This document shows positions 40,151 through 53,879 of a stretch of DNA of 64,000 bases, one piece after another. Numbering within the stretch: position 1 is the stretch's first letter; each line of letters starts with the position of its first letter. The notes under the pieces are model-generated. The model worked only from the letters and a program-made list of their open reading frames with translations. It searched no databases and was not told the DNA's origin. The position numbers and the translations under genes are program-made. The stretch is from Octopus sinensis (Eukaryota): contig NC_043005.1 of NCBI RefSeq assembly GCF_006345805.1, forward strand, positions 37,262,001 to 37,326,000, given 5' to 3'.

Positions 40151-41772
40151 CACAATACACTACACTGGTTGTTAGTTATTTTTTCATCACTGACAGGATT
40201 TTCATTCAGCCCATAAAGTATCAAGAATGGTGTTTTTATTTTCGTGCTTGTCTTTGGAGCCAACAGAAGGAATTGTAATATTGCCAAATATGTTTATTAA
40301 CTTGGGTTCTTCTTGATTAGCATATTATTGATCTCTTTGATAGTCTTAACATCCTTTCTGTGTCTTTTACTGTTTTATCAAACAAAATACTTCTGCCATA
40401 CCTTTCACAAACTGATATGAAATTCTGGTATCTTGCCTCTCCTTTGATCATTCTTTACCCCCTCCTTTTGTCTTTGTCTTGTTTTTTTTTATTTCCTTTT
40501 TTCTTTTTGGGGTTATATTAGCAAAATTAATTAAAAGTACAAACAGCCAGTTAACTTTGTTTCTGTATATGTTGGTCACTCTATAGTTTTACTTGAATAT
40601 TTAAATGGAACCTGTTTTTTGAGGCAAAATAAATATTCTGACACTGTTGTCTAAGTATGCACAATATGCAATATCAACCTGTACTTTTGTTTATAAACTT
40701 TTATTTTACCCACCAACACTTCCAATTCTTTTACCCCCTCCCCAACTCATTTCTACTCACCTCATACCTTCAGGGTACACACAGACGCTCATCACCACTA
40801 TTTTTTATCAACCCCCACCATCTCTTCTAAAATGTGAGTAGCCATGCAGTCTCTCTACAACAAGAAACCTATTCTCTTGTGGTCCCATCTCTCATACTTT
40901 AACTTCTCATTTTGTGGCATGAAGCTACCTCTCCCAGGGTGCATAGTCTTGCAAACTGCATGGCAACTTCACTAGGGCTAACAGCTTTGAAAAAGAACCA
41001 GGAAAAGAGCTGCAAGAAATGCTGCTAAGGATTTTGTCTGATGAGCTAGCAGTTCTGCCACTAACTGCATTAAATAGCAATAATTTTTACCTATATCTTA
41101 TTGCTCCCAGCATGTTATATTCACCTCTCTGTCACCACCTTGATAGGCAGTGAGAAATGTCAATGGTTTGATTAAGAATATCAGGTCAAAAACAGGCCAA
41201 AACATTGGCAACAAAACTAGCAACACCAAAAAGCATGCCCTATGATGTCCTATGATGTGGGTGATTTTTTTCAAATAAGTAGGACAAAAAAGCACAAAGC
41301 TGCAAAGGGCAGATGAACCCAGAGCAGTCAGTAGCCATTCAAATATTACATTTTTATTAGCATTGTTGTTGATGACTTCAATTTTGGTGCATAGTAGTAG
41401 TGATATGGATAATGTACCTTGAGATTAAAAATGACAGAGATTGCTCTTTTGGGGAAGAGGTGTCTTTAAGTCTTGGTTGGCACCTGCCCCAACAAAGATA
41501 ATGTTCCAATGAAGACAACTGTGGTTGAGATACTGTCACACTAGAGACCTCTTTATGAGTGAAATATCAAATAATTATAGTAATGTCATACCAAATAATA
41601 ATACTTTCTTGTAGACATACTAAATTTCCAGACTCAAGTAATTTATTCTCTTTTCAAGGACTTTATGGCTATTAAAGAATTGGCACTAATTGGAAAACAA
41701 AACAGTGTGAGGAACATAATTTCATGACATCCTAAGAATCTATAGCTGCAAAACAAACCAAAACAATGATTA

Positions 41773-41773
<1 letters not shown>

Positions 41774-41821
<48 letters not shown>

Positions 41822-42098
41822 GCTGCTGCTGCAGCTGCTACAACCACTGCAGCTGCTGCTGATTTCTTGTATAAAATAATGGATCCATACAAGGCCAGCA
41901 ATTTTAGGGGAAGGTTAAGTTGATTACATTGACCCTGTTCCTTGACTGGTACATATATTATTGACCCTAAAAGATTGAAAAGCAAAGTTGACTCAGAGTA
42001 TAAAGACAGATGAAATGGCGCCAAGAATGAGGTAATGATCCTGCCAGTTAGCCGCTTTAATAATAATAATAATGATAATAATAATAACAATGATGATG

Positions 42099-42132
<34 letters not shown>

Positions 42133-42200
42133 TAATAAAGATAATGATAAATACAAATAATAATAGTAATTGTAGAAGTAGTGGTAGTAATAATAGTAGA
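41774..42200. repeat. (ACT)n/(GCT)n and (AAT)n microsatellites flanking a minus-strand family B SINE (41870-42058)
   Basis: Direct reading; explains the poly-L/V/A/I ORFs. Confidence 0.85.
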
Positions 42201-42642
42201 AATTGTTGTAGTAGAAAAAGGTAAAATTCTAGCAGCAATCAACATCAATTTATATCGAGTTGGTGCTAGGCTTGGTGAAAATCGGAAAGTGAAGCTTGTA
42301 AGCTGTTTAACTTAGACACTAGTTTAAAGAAGTGTAGAAGACAGTAGAAATGATGCTATTATAAATACAATTGAATCAAAATGTCAAGATAGAAATATAA
42401 AAACATGTATGTATACATATGCATATAAATATATATATATATATATATATGATGTATATACACACACACATATATATATATATATAGAAAAACTTAAAAA
42501 CTATAGAATCGTGATATTTTAAAATGTCATCACTAACAAAGTGTGTGTATATCTGTGTGTGCATACATACCAAAACGTGTTTATTTGCATAGCTCCCTGT
42601 AAGTCTCCCACTATATATATGTATGTTCATATATATGTATGC

Positions 42643-42696
<54 letters not shown>

Positions 42697-42778
42697 TAGT
42701 GCAAGAAAGCTATGTATAAACACATACTTACTGATATTTATGCATATACAGATGTATGAACATATATTTGCACAGCTC

Positions 42779-42820
<42 letters not shown>

Positions 42821-44094
42821 ACCCTCTCTCTCTCCCCTTGTGTTTATATATATATATATATATATATCATTTAATGTCCATTTTCTATGCTTGGGTAGGT
42901 TGGACTGTTTGACATGATATGAATTAACAACTCAGAAAACTGCACCAAGCTTCACTGTCTGATTTGGCATGGCTTCAGCTACTAGATACCCTTCCTTATA
43001 TGAACTACACTTCAGAGTTTGCTGGGTGCTTTTTATTTGGTACCAGCAGCTATAAGGTCTTAAATAACCTACAAGACAAGACACCTGAACTGAAGTTTGT
43101 CGGTAATTTTCTGCCAGGTGATGAGTATGAAAAGAAGGGCAAAAATAGGCAAGGTTACAATTAAAAGGTGATCCATGGCTATTACTACAGGAGAGGGAGG
43201 TGAGAGAAAGAGGAGACGGGGAAGATGTAACAGGGGCTACACTCAAGTTACAAGGAGCAGTAAGTGGAACCAAGGATTGGATAGGGTGAGTCAAGGTAGG
43301 AAGTTCATGAGATTGTGAAAGGTGTTTGTTCTATGAGGATTTTAAATCGCAGAGAACTGGACAAAATATCATGAGGTATTCCATTTAATACTACTTTAAT
43401 GTTTAATGGTGATAATGAAAATTTCCTTTGAACCAACTCAGTTAAAGAATTATGATCAATGGCACTGAGCCAACTGTATTGTTTCCACTTTATTGCCATT
43501 ATTGTAAAGTATATATTTTCCAAGATATTAGATACTCTTTTGTTCTTTTACACCTATATTCATATACTGGTTTCTGCCATTGTACTGTAGCCACACTGAG
43601 GCACTAACTTGCTAGATACGCTTGATTGAATCAACCTCACTATTTAAAACTGGTACTTATTCTTTTGGTCCTTTGTTGCTTGACCCCTAAGTTACAGAGA
43701 CATAAGACAAACCAACACCAGTTGTCAAACAGTCAGACATAATCACAGGCACACACATGAAAACACATGTGTGTTTATGTGTGTATACATGTGCACACAC
43801 ACACACACATACACACCCTATCACACTTTCACGCTCTCTTACCCTCTCACCTTCTCCATTCCATTCTCCCATGATAATCCCACCTGTCCCTCTTTTCATA
43901 TTAGTGTATATTAGATCCAGCATCATTCTAGACATTGTATTTTTGACAATAATGTCAAAGAAGTGATCAGGCTGCATTTGTTTTGTAACAAGGCTCACAT
44001 AATTTATGATGACTGGCTTTCTGAAACACATATACCATATATAAGGCATAAATACTGATTACACGTTTTTAGGTTCGTTTTATATATATATATT

Positions 44095-44367
44095 TATATA
44101 TTAGAAGAAATGAGGTTCTCAGAAAATCGGATGGTTTATATTTACAGATATTTATTTGTATATTACATTTTTTATATATCATATAACTTAGATCATGTTT
44201 TAGCGCTTTCTCCCATTCTAGTGGGGTTTTCAAATCAAACTAAGTTGATTTGAAAGTGCTAATACATGATCTAAGTTATATGATATATAAAAGATGTAAT
44301 ATGCAAATAAACATCTGTAAATATAAACCATCCGATTTTCTGAGTACCTCATTTCTTCTAATATATA
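44095..44367. mobile_element. Fold-back element with 116-bp inverted arms and an internal hairpin
   Basis: Arms 44095-44210 and 44252-44367 with about 6 mismatches. An inner hairpin tttcaaatcaa..ttgatttgaaa occupies the spacer and overlaps the start of the right arm. Confidence 0.85.
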
Positions 44368-44398
44368 ATACCTGTACATCATCTCCAAACCTTCCAAT

Positions 44399-44699
44399 AT
44401 CATCATCATCATCATCATCATCGTTTAACGTCCGTTTTCCGTGCTAGCACGGGTTGGATGGTTCAACCGGGGTCTGGGAGGCCAGGGGCTGCACCAGGCT
44501 CCAGTCTGATCTGACAGTGTTTCTATAGCTGGATGCCCTTCCTAACGCCAACCACTCTGCGAGTGTAGTGGGTGCTTTTTACGTGCCACCTGCACAGGTG
44601 CCAGGGGAGTCCGGCATCATCCCCGATCGGTTGGTGCTTTTAACATACCTCATCCCATGTCTTCCTGGGTCTACCTCTCCCCCTGATGCCTTCAACTGT

Positions 44700-44700
<1 letters not shown>
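44399..44700 (-). mobile_element. Young family C repeat with (CAT)n tail, plus a short RTE-like fragment
   Basis: CpG-rich gtttaacgtccgttttccgtgctagcacggg.. ; cccatgtcttcctgggtctacctctccc resembles the GRPRKTW region of 28350-28740. Confidence 0.85.
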
Positions 44701-44742
<42 letters not shown>

Positions 44743-44903
44743 GGTGCAGGAATGGCTGTATAGTAAGAAGCTTGCTTCCCAACCACATGGTTCTGGGTTC
44801 AGTTCCACTGCGTGGCACCTTGGGCAAGTGTCTTCTACTATAGCCTCAGCCCAACCAAAGCAATGTGAGTGGATTTGGTAGACGGAAACTGAAAGAAGCC
44901 TGT

Positions 44904-44939
<36 letters not shown>

Positions 44940-45172
44940 ACAGGCTTCTATATATATGTGTGTGTGTGCACGTTTGTCTGTGTTTGTCCGCCACTATCGC
45001 TTGACAACTGATGTTAATGTGTTTATGTCCCTGTTACTTAGCAGTTCGGTAAAAGAAGGTGATAGAATAAGAACTAGGCTTACAAAAAATATGTCCTGGG
45101 GTCGATTTGTTCAACTAAAGGCAGTGCTCCAGAATGGCCACAGTTAAATGACTGAAACAAGTAAAATAATAA
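44743..45172 (+). mobile_element. SINE family A, full length
   Basis: Head ggtgcaggaatggctgta..gggttcagttccactgc through actgaaacaagtaaaa tail. Confidence 0.9.
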
Positions 45173-46037
45173 AAGAATATAGACAGATAGATAGATAAAG
45201 TTAGATAAGGCCAGTTTATGGGATTAACCTGGTTTTCACATCGATAAAATGCTTAGCTTTACAGCTTATCATCAAATCCCGGCCCTATTGGCTTATTACC
45301 TCTCTTGTATATGTATAATGAGATTCTGCACAGTTTCCACCAACTAATTCCTCTCACAAGGCATTAGCCCACCCAAGGTGATAATAGACAGACACTTGCC
45401 TTATGTTGCACAGCAGGACTGAACATGAAACCGCATGGTTTTGAAATGAACTTTTTAACCATACAACCACACTTGCTCCTGTAAACTGTATATTGTATCT
45501 ATTATATGCAGCCAGAATTAGTCTGTCCCACCACTACACCAGTGATTACAAATGTAATAGAAGTCATAAGGATATTAATTTAGGATATATCTGAATGTAA
45601 AATAATAGCCTAATATCTGTAATCATAATGTCTTTTTATTCCTATCAGACTTAAATATTATATATGAAATGATAAATCAAAATTTGTGTCATTCATAACT
45701 TTCCTAGGAACTCTAATGTTGCGAAATACTTCAAAATTGGAACTGAAATCAGTTCTTAAACTTTGGTTTCCTCCAAACACTTACCACTTCTCTTAATGTT
45801 TCTGTCACAATAAACATTAGTGGTGTGGTATTATTTTACAGCACAGTGCCAAATTTTGCTAGTTAAGGTGCATAGTTGATTGAATATACTCCAGTGTATA
45901 CTTAGTACATAACTTATTGAGCTTCAAATAATAATAATAATAATAATAATAACAATAATAATAATAATAATAATGATGATGATAATAATAGACAAAAAGA
46001 AGAGTGTGTTACACCATGTCATGAAATATAAATTTAC

Positions 46038-46188
46038 CTTTTTTATTGAACTGAACAACATTTCACCTGTATGCCTATCTTCTTTGGGTTCAAAATGAAA
46101 AATACTCAGAATTGCAAAAAATTCCAACTGGAATATTCTGCATTCCTTTCTTGACAAAAAGACATCATCAAGCTTCACTTGTTCATAA
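46038..46188 (-). other. Candidate isolated exon (coding status unknown)
   Basis: Strong T-rich acceptor (..ttttcttgttttaaccag), one open frame YEQVKLDDVFLSRKECRIFQLEFFAILSIFHFEPKEDRHTGEMLFSSIKK, donors AAG|gtaaat (46037) or CAG|gtgaaa (46066). No recognisable protein homology. Confidence 0.2.
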
Positions 46189-46431
46189 CTGGTTAAAACA
46201 AGAAAAAAAAAAAAAAAAAAAGAGGAAAAAAATTGGAAGTAAAAAGAAAGAGAATATTTCATCAAAAATAATAAGGTGCAACAAGATGAAACAGAAAAAC
46301 CTGCTGCACTGCAAAAGCAAAACAGATAAAAGTACAAACCAAATCAAAATGGAATCTCAGAGGTACATGATTTCTTGGAAGTGGTAGTCAGATAAGTAGA
46401 TAAGTAGAAATGTGGCATTCATATGGTTTCT

Positions 46432-46488
<57 letters not shown>

Positions 46489-46537
46489 CAATGTCAAGGA
46501 ATTATACTTACTAAGATTGAAAACATTCTTTTATTCG

Positions 46538-46928
46538 TTTATTCTTTTACTTGTTTCAGTTATTTTACTGAGGCCATGTTGGAGCACCACCTTTAGTTGA
46601 ACAAATCGACCCCAGGACTTATTCTTTGTTAGCCTAGTACTTATACTATCGGTCTCTTTTGCTGAACCACTAAGTTACAGGGGGACATAAACACACCAAC
46701 ATCGGTTGTCAAGCAATGGTTGGGGGACAAGCACAGACTCACAAACATATACACACATATATATATATATGCAACAGACTTCTTTCAGTTTCCATCTACC
46801 AAATCCATTCACAAGGATTTGGTCAGCCCAAGGCTATGGTAGAAGACACTCACCAAGGTGCCCTGCAGTGGGATCGAACACAGAACTATGTGGTTGGGAA
46901 GCAAGCTTTTTATCACCCAGCCACTCCT
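46538..46928 (-). mobile_element. SINE family A, near full length
   Basis: Colinear with 5890-6267. Confidence 0.9.
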
Positions 46929-47159
46929 GTTCCTATGTTGATTTATTTTTAGAATCAAATTAGACACATTGCCCTGTGTCTAATGCAGCAGCATATTGGA
47001 TGGAATACCAAGCAGCATAGACTAAATAGTCAGATGAGCATAAGTCCCCTATATTCAGAAATTGTTACCAGAAATATATTGTAAACAAACCAAATCATTC
47101 CAGACTGTACAGATTTATGAAAAATTGCTTACAATATGATGAGATTATGTGGGAAGGTT

Positions 47160-47435
47160 ACGTCATCTCATTATCACTATCATCATTGTTCAACCGTGGT
47201 CAAGACAATGAAATTTACTATGTTACGCTGGACTTCACGGTCCATCATAGCATTACGGAGGTCCTGTTGCTGGATGCCTGTATCCCTGGAGATTACATCT
47301 GGGTAGGAGAGTGTGCGTCCTCTGGTATCACGAGCAGATGGCTTCCAGAGGAGAAGAGTAGAAATTACCTCGTTTTCAGCTCCACAACAATGTCCAGCAA
47401 ACTGGACTCTTCTACCTTTCACGAGAGATGATACA
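47160..47435 (-). pseudogene. RTE-clade LINE 3' end
   Basis: ORF 47183-47422 (RRVQFAGHC...LLLWKP....GRTLSYPDVISRDTG...L..AMMDR) matches the RTE C-terminal pattern RRLRFAGH...LLW.P...GRP..TY.D.L..D..DR..W; followed by a (GAT)-type tail. Confidence 0.85.
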
Positions 47436-50304
47436 GGTGGTAATTTCCCATATATTTATAATTTGGTTGGATGACGATTCTATGAGAGATTTTGAGCTCT
47501 CATTATACCTTCTTTCCCAACTTACATAATCTATACCTAATATATATCTCATATCTCTCATTGATTGTGTTAGCTTTTAAGAAACATTTGTTTATTCTCT
47601 AAATGAAAAATTCTCCAAGGGAGGAGAAAAGAATATTAAAATTTTATCTGGATGTCATTTATTTGCAATGAGTGGATTGCACCAAAGACATAGAGGTGAA
47701 GGACCTCCCTGTTAGTTGATCATGATGACTCAAAACATCACTGCCAGAAATATGAATTTTACATCCTGTATGACAATTCTCTTGACCAAATTATAAGCAA
47801 CTATACTGTTGAAGTGAAGGGACATAAAGCTGGTTGTCATATGTAAACTACATTATGGGACAGCTGTAATGTTGTTTATGATAAATCTATGGCTTCTTAC
47901 TCTATTCCAGTATACTCTCTCAATGTTGTATTTACATGTACAGAATTATATATCTTTTTTCCACAAAACTATTTTGAAATATCTTCCAATAAGGGCATAA
48001 TGAAACATAATTAATTTGTTGTTTCTACCATCTATACTTGTAAAATAGGTCGATGTTTTATGTGAGTGTGTGTTTTATATGCCAGCAAATATGGCAATTC
48101 CAAGAAAAGCAAGGATTTAGAGCCTTTTCATCACATTTACCATTCTAAAGAGAATATGATAATCTGTCGGTGTGCTGACTGAAATAAACTGAAAAAAATG
48201 TATTGAAAATATAAATTTCAAACCTAAACAGCGATAAACAACAATAGTAGTGTTTTCTGTTGGAAAATTTAAGCTAGTTAATTAGATTGAATATTATTAT
48301 TGATGTTTTATTTGGGTTTTTTTTCTTCTCATTAGTTATTATTGTAAACACGATATGATCTTGTCAGATATGTATATTACCTTATTGAATTATAATATTG
48401 ATGGGAATAATGAGTTAGATGATGGTGATAGTGACAAAACTTTATAAGAAGATGGTGATGGGAATGGTGTAGTAGTGTAAAGGTATGTGGGCTGGTTGTG
48501 ATGTTGTGATGGTAGAGTAGATAGGTATGTGGTGGGGGTGATAGTGGTAGGCATGAATGTATGGAAGGATATATATGTGGTGATGCAAATAATTGAATGA
48601 GAAAGATATATTGCTATGCTGGTGTTGGTGGTAACAACAGTGGTGGTGGTGGTGGTATTGTAGAAGGTGATTTGTTTGTGGTGATGATAATTATTGTATG
48701 AGAGCGATGTTTATGGTGTGAGTAATGGTGAATTTTCTATGAAAGGATGTACTGATAAAATTGATGAAGAAGGAGATGAATGAGCAAAAAGAATGAAAAG
48801 TAAGGTAGGAATTTCAGTGGCCTAAGGAAGGGAGCAGAAAGGAAATGCACGCTAATGCTACACCATAATAATATATCCCCTATATATACGTCAGTCACCA
48901 GTAAAAAATAAAAACAACAATCAAAATCAAGTTTCAAAACCTCCAACATCAATTATACTAATGGTCAAAAAAAGAGGAGTCAGACAGCAACAATGATAAC
49001 AACTGCAACAACAATTATTGACAGACAATGACACAAGGGGTATATAATCAACTGAAGAGATGCCAGAATATTCTTTGCCATTATAATAATGGTATGAACA
49101 ACTATGAAGGTGATTGGTTTAACATTTTGTGGGGGGATTTTTTTCACTTCAGGAATAGAATTTGATAGGTTTATAATATTTTCTTCTAACTAGGCACAAC
49201 AATTATTAGGAAAGAAATAGTCAATTGCATTGATTCCCATTACATGACTGGTATCTATGTCTATATATGACACCTGATACACAGGCACTCTAAATAACTA
49301 ACAAAAAGGCATACTACCAAGTCTTGTTGACTTGTGAGTGAGGGCTATGTTAAGCTCTTATGAATTATATAAGCAGTTTGTTGTTTTCATTTCGTTCAAA
49401 AACATTGGAGCCCAAGGAAATAGTTACGAGAAGCTATGAAAATAAAATTGTTTTTGCCAAGATATTATATCAAATAAGAGCATTCTTGCTATCAGCATTA
49501 CACAATATAAACAAAACCATTAGCAACAATTAGCAGCACTAAAATCAGCACTCTGTCTTTAATAGCGAAGAATAAGTAGCAGAAATCTTTGGGGAAAAAT
49601 GAGGAAATCTTTTGGAACATTTTATTGGAAACAGATATTATCAGTGAAGATTAAAAATAGTCATATTTAGTTGGTATAATGAGCAATAATTAAGCATTAT
49701 TCAGAAATATATCGTTTTCTTAATTTTCATTTTTATTATCATAATCATGACCATTATTGTCACCCTGTTATTACCCAATAAAGACATCAGATGGAGCAAC
49801 TGGTGCAGACTTGCAGAGCAATTATGGATTTATATATTGTAAATCATTTAAGACAATGATTGTTATTTCCTCCCCTTTACAAGAAGTTAAACATCAACAA
49901 CTTACCCCTTACTTTTCTCACCATCACATTAGCTATCCTCATCACACAAATCAAGATTTTATATTGATAAAGTTATTCTCATCAGCATTATCACAAACAT
50001 TATACATGTCAATGTCAACATGTGCTTAAATATCTTGTGGTAATTATCATCATAATGACTAAATATTTTCTTATGCTGTCATAATTGTTGTATCTGCATA
50101 GCATTTTACAGTGAAATATGATTGTTTTATTGTGATTATATGTATAATAATTAGGATGATAACGATTATCCTGATGAAAACTGATACATGAGATGATGAT
50201 TGTATATCAATAGAAAGCTTAAATAACAATGGAGAAGACATGCTATGTAAATGAACAAAATCCAGTGTGACTTTATAAAAGCTCCCTTCCCTCACATAAT
50301 ACAT

Positions 50305-50725
50305 GGCCCGGCACCTTTAAATACCCCTGCAGTGTTGTACCTTCATCTATCTCTAATGGTACTTTAATAAATGACTCAAAAACTCAGTTCCATATCATTG
50401 GTTGATTTGGTTGCACTTTTATCAACCTTATACACAGAATCAAATCTAAACTATGCAATTCCTGATATGTGGGTGAAACTGGACATTGGTTTGGTGACCA
50501 CATTCTTGTGGCAATGCCATAAAGTTCAGAATGGCATGCAAGCACTCTGTAAACATGTAGCTAAACACTTTAATTTGCCTGTCCCATTCCTTCAGTCATC
50601 TTTATATGTGGTGACTTATCTCGCACCATGGTTCATCCCTGATTCAGAAGCACAAAGACTAAGCATAATCTTTATTCTACAAACTTACCCTCATGCAGAA
50701 ATTAAGGAACACCTCAATTCTTCTT
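50305..50725 (+). pseudogene. Penelope-like element GIY-YIG endonuclease relic
   Basis: One frame gives PGTFKYPC....F.IIG*FGCTFINLIHRIKSKLCNS*YVGETG. After a frameshift: KHVAKHFNLP...SEAQRLSIIFILQTYP..IKEHLNSSF. This matches the PLE pattern C.S.NLIY.I.C..C...YVGETG...VA.HFN. Confidence 0.75.
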
Positions 50726-51741
50726 TCAGTTACTTATATACAAAGAGAGAGAGAGAGAGGAGAGGAGAGGGGGAGAGAGTGAAAGAAAGAGATAGGGACA
50801 ATAGGGGAGGTAGATAAAAAGCACACAAGTAAAATTAGGAAGATATATAAGTTAAGGAAGAGACAACGAAAAATAATATAATGAAGTTAGACAAATAAAA
50901 AAAAAACGTGGTGAAAATGTGTAGAAAATGAAACAAGAATCAAAGGATGTATACAATGAAAATAGATATAATGTCGAAATTGAGATGATATTTGGTTGAC
51001 AGTTGATGAAGGGTTATGCATGTTTGTCAACTGTTGTGTGTTTTTATTCAATTTTTCTTGTAAATTTCTTTGTTATTCTTCTCTACCACCTTTGTCATAT
51101 ATATTTGTGTATGGTTAAAGAATGTTTTTATATATGTATAAAACTAAGCTTTTCTTATTTCATAAGTTTATGGTACAATTTGAGTACAATTTGTAATCTA
51201 ATGAAGCTGACAACTGATGAAATTTTGAATTCAGTGCCAATAATATTATACATATTTCAGCATGTTTATAAGCATACACATATTTGATTTACATATTTAT
51301 ATTAATTTTTACAATGGAAGGAGTGTCTGTGACTTCAAAGTTTTGGCTTACTAGCTATCATTAGATTGTCTAATGATATCCGGTAAGGCAATAATTTGAA
51401 ATCGTTTTCAGCATTTCCTAGTAAAAATTTATAAATATTTTCCTTCAATTTCATGCTTTTATATTTTTATATATAACACGAAAACAAATATTGATATGTA
51501 ATTATGTATGAATATCTCACTATATTGCTGTGTGTGTGTGCATATATATATACACATAAGCAAAGTAACTAGTTAGAAAATCTCTGAGATGAAAGTAGTA
51601 ACTATACTGAGAGGTAATGCTTGTTGCCACTTCAATAAGGCTATTTTGCATGAACCAACGTTAACCATCTAGAGGAGGTTTCCTCTTGGGGTTAAAAATG
51701 GTAGTAACATCGGTCTGTCTGTCTTTCTCTCTCTCTCTTTC

Positions 51742-51777
<36 letters not shown>

Positions 51778-53225
51778 GATTAATGAAAGAGGTGGAAGAT
51801 AAGAGGATGTTTATTGATTACTACAATTGTTTTCACCTGTCTACCAGGTGTATAATATATGATTTATTATCTAATAATATATATATGTCTACATCATAAG
51901 AATTTAGATACTTTGAGAGAACATGAAACGTGATTTTAATGGTTGAACTCAAGGTAGATAAAGCTATAAATAACAGTATGTAAATATTGGACTAAAAACC
52001 CCTTTGGATAAGAAAAGTCGAATCTTCTATAAATGTGTTACATATCACACTGATATAGATAACAACACTGAAAAACAACCAAACCTCTGAAATATTAATT
52101 TTTTTTTCCTTTCTGACAATAAACTATTTGTAAAACATTTGCTATGCCATCTAAATCTTTTTCAAGAATCCAGATGGCATTAGCAAAATAGCTTCAAGTG
52201 GCAATAAACAAATTTGAAAATTTGATACTACAAACAATGCATGCAGCTGCAACATAATACTTACTTGCACACTTGAAATAATAGCCTTAGTAGTAGTAGC
52301 AACAATGGTAATAGTGGTGGAGGAGATGGTAGTATTTGTGGTAATGGTGGTGGTGGTACTAGTAGTAGCTGAAGCACTTAGTTACCAGATGAGTTGCAAA
52401 TAGAAAACTATCTACATTATTAGGTCGACAGGTATTTATGATGTACTTTCTGGCAGCAGTGGTAGACTTTTAGATCTGGAGTTACTAATCAGACCAGTAA
52501 AGGGTGAATTAGGCGTGGAATATTTATGTTGATATTTCACTGTTGAGAATATCTCTGTTGTTATGTAACATTGATGGCTACTTTGGTAATGTCAATAACC
52601 AAGTGTCGATTTTTGGGACCCCGACCGGGATCCAAAGCAGTACCTAGGGGCATCTCACAGCCTGGTCGGGTGTGAAGATGAATAGGCTTAACGCCGAAAT
52701 ATGTTAATTTTTGTAATGATTAATATTGTTGGCGAATTGTAAGAGGATCATTGCCTCATGTAATGATATATTAAAGAACAATATTATAGAGAAGCAGAGG
52801 GTCGGTGGGCGCTTTCTGTCTTCTCTCATCTTTATCATCCTTGTATCTCATTATCATTCATTTCATTAATGTCTTGTCCAGCCCGCAAAGCAACCTAATC
52901 TATGTACTGTCTTCATGACAAATTTAATGAAATAAAGTAGATCTTGATGGCAGTTCGAATGGGAACAAGTTGTATTAACGTCTTGGGCTTTAACACAAGT
53001 GAATTTAGTTCCAATATAGCGAGAATAATGTCCTTCGTTATGAAATATAGAATTGCAAAGGCAATAAAGATGTTAATAGAAATCGTTCTAAGTCAGTTTA
53101 GGTATAAATTGTCTGGATCTTGTCAGTAATGGATATATATATTTTACTACGATGATCTGATTATACCAGTAAGGCAAAACATACTATGCTGCTGCAGCTG
53201 CTTCTAATAATCATAATAATATAAT

Positions 53226-53600
53226 AAATGCCCTGATGTAGTACAAGGCAGTGGTTCTGTGCTCTGATTCAGTACCAGACAGTAGCTTGCATGGCGTCTG
53301 ATCTTAACTGATTGGAAGTGTTATCATGTCAATCTTTTATCTTGGTGTAAAAGATGGGCTACAGCAAATATTCTGCTCAATATCACAGATTTGCTTGTCA
53401 ACTGTTTGACCATAACCAGTTGAGCGACAGTATGTGCATCTCTGATCACAAGCAGACTTAGTGGGGGAGCATCATGGCCATATGTTGAAAGGAATTCTTT
53501 GGGGTTTGAATAATTCCCCTTATCAGACAGGCAGTCATGATGGATATACTGGGCTTCATATATCTGTAACCTTTGATGGCATGTGCTACTGTCTCACTCA
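53226..53600. mobile_element. ~375-bp non-coding element bracketed on both sides by (AAT)n
   Basis: Begins aaatgccctgatg after ataataat and ends gtctcactca before aataataat. Its terminal part recurs at 53621-53678, 53766-53823 and (inverted) 26970-26996. Confidence 0.7.
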
Positions 53601-53620
53601 ATAATAATAATGATAATAAT

Positions 53621-53700
53621 ATTTGTATATTTGTACCCCAGTGTCACTTTGATGGCATGAACTGCTCTCTCACTCATTAATGATAATAATAATAATAATG

Positions 53701-53766
<66 letters not shown>

Positions 53767-53819
53767 TTTGTATATTTGTACCCCAGTGTCACTTTGATGG
53801 CATGAACTGCTCTCTAACT

Positions 53820-53823
<4 letters not shown>
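53621..53823. repeat. 58-bp direct duplication separated by (AAT)n
   Basis: 53621-53678 and 53766-53823 differ at one base. Confidence 0.9.
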
Positions 53824-53865
<42 letters not shown>

Positions 53866-53879
53866 TAATAATAATAATC

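Noticed and set aside
50371-50817. 148-aa ORF as an intact gene
   Set aside because: Only part of it lies in the Penelope GIY-YIG frame; the rest is out of frame or runs into a GA repeat.
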